Shown piece by piece: positions 63,906 through 64,000 of a stretch of DNA of 64,000 nt. Made by a program: the position numbers and the translations under genes. Origin of the DNA: a virus; the IMG/VR virus record IMGVR_UViG_3300045988_150584. One strand, given 5' to 3'. Below the pieces are notes generated by a model, which saw only the letters and a list, made by a program, of their open reading frames with translations, was not told the DNA's origin and ran no database searches. Within the stretch, counting starts at the first letter, position 1; every line of letters begins with the position of its first letter.

Positions 63906-63925
63906 AATTTACACCTCTTTCATGT

Positions 63926-64000
63926 TGGTGATGCGTAAGGGATTTGAACCCTTAAATTCCGCCGTGAAAGGGCGGTGACTCTACCAATTCGTCCAACGCA
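63926..64000 (-). tRNA. tRNA-Glu (anticodon UUC), 5' two nt beyond the window edge
   Basis: ACCGCC-CTTTCAC-GGCGG anticodon arm, T-arm AAGGG-TTCAAAT-CCCTT and CCA encoded. Confidence 0.8.

Noticed and set aside
1-64000. CRISPR arrays, rRNA genes, IS elements or transposase genes
   Set aside because: I saw no regularly spaced direct repeats and no rRNA-like or transposase-like translations. The only recombinase is the large serine recombinase.
1-64000. Alternative genetic code (stop-codon reassignment) suggested by the large tRNA set
   Set aside because: All long genes, including the 7.8-kb tape measure gene, are uninterrupted in the standard code. None of the eight tRNAs has a stop-complementary anticodon.
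61371-64000. Right end of the window being host chromosome (prophage boundary at about 61.4 kb)
   Set aside because: This is not excluded, but several points argue against it. The integrase and attP-like site are internal (17.4-19.2 kb). The tRNAs are co-oriented with the late operon. A phage-type XRE gene and small ORFs are interspersed. FolD fits the phage dTTP pathway. It is treated as phage-encoded pending comparison with host genomes.

Overview
The whole window reads as one contiguous piece of a large (over 64 kb) temperate, long-tailed (siphovirus-like) phage or prophage of an anaerobic Gram-positive (Clostridia-like) host. Every gene call below comes from motif recognition by eye, RBS and spacing context, and hand folding; no searches were run.

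Layout:
- 1-19126 (+ strand): early genes. These are DnaE-type Pol III alpha (5' end cut by the window), a SleB-like hydrolase, and a nucleotide-metabolism island (ThyX, dNMP kinase, NT5C, NrdD/NrdG, dUTPase). They are followed by two DNA methyltransferases, many small Cys-rich proteins, a macro-domain protein, two metallophosphoesterases and a large serine recombinase.
- 19127-19708: convergent junction. It holds a self-contained promoter / structured leader / 24-codon micro-ORF / terminator cassette.
- 19709-61370 (- strand): late genes. In order they are the lysis cassette, a diversity-generating retroelement (DGR), modular tail-fibre paralogues, a 1257-aa tail protein with an S74 chaperone domain, a 2607-aa tape measure, the head module, portal and terminase.
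- 61427-64000: eight tRNA genes on the - strand, all with encoded CCA. A FolD gene, an XRE-type regulator and a small ORF sit among them.

Strongest finding: a complete DGR at 24070-28325 (target gene with VR, Avd-like gene, TR, reverse transcriptase). The 126-bp VR and TR differ at 21 hand-counted positions, and every one is a template adenine. It is predicted to diversify the C-terminal lectin-like tip of a tail-fibre-cluster protein.

Other notable items:
- a G9 homopolymer that frameshifts a phage Dam-family methyltransferase
- an attP-like palindrome, plus an extra half-site, around the integrase gene
- folD embedded in the tRNA array with no Shine-Dalgarno sequence, 3 nt after a tRNA 3' end
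- long unassigned spacers in the tRNA array
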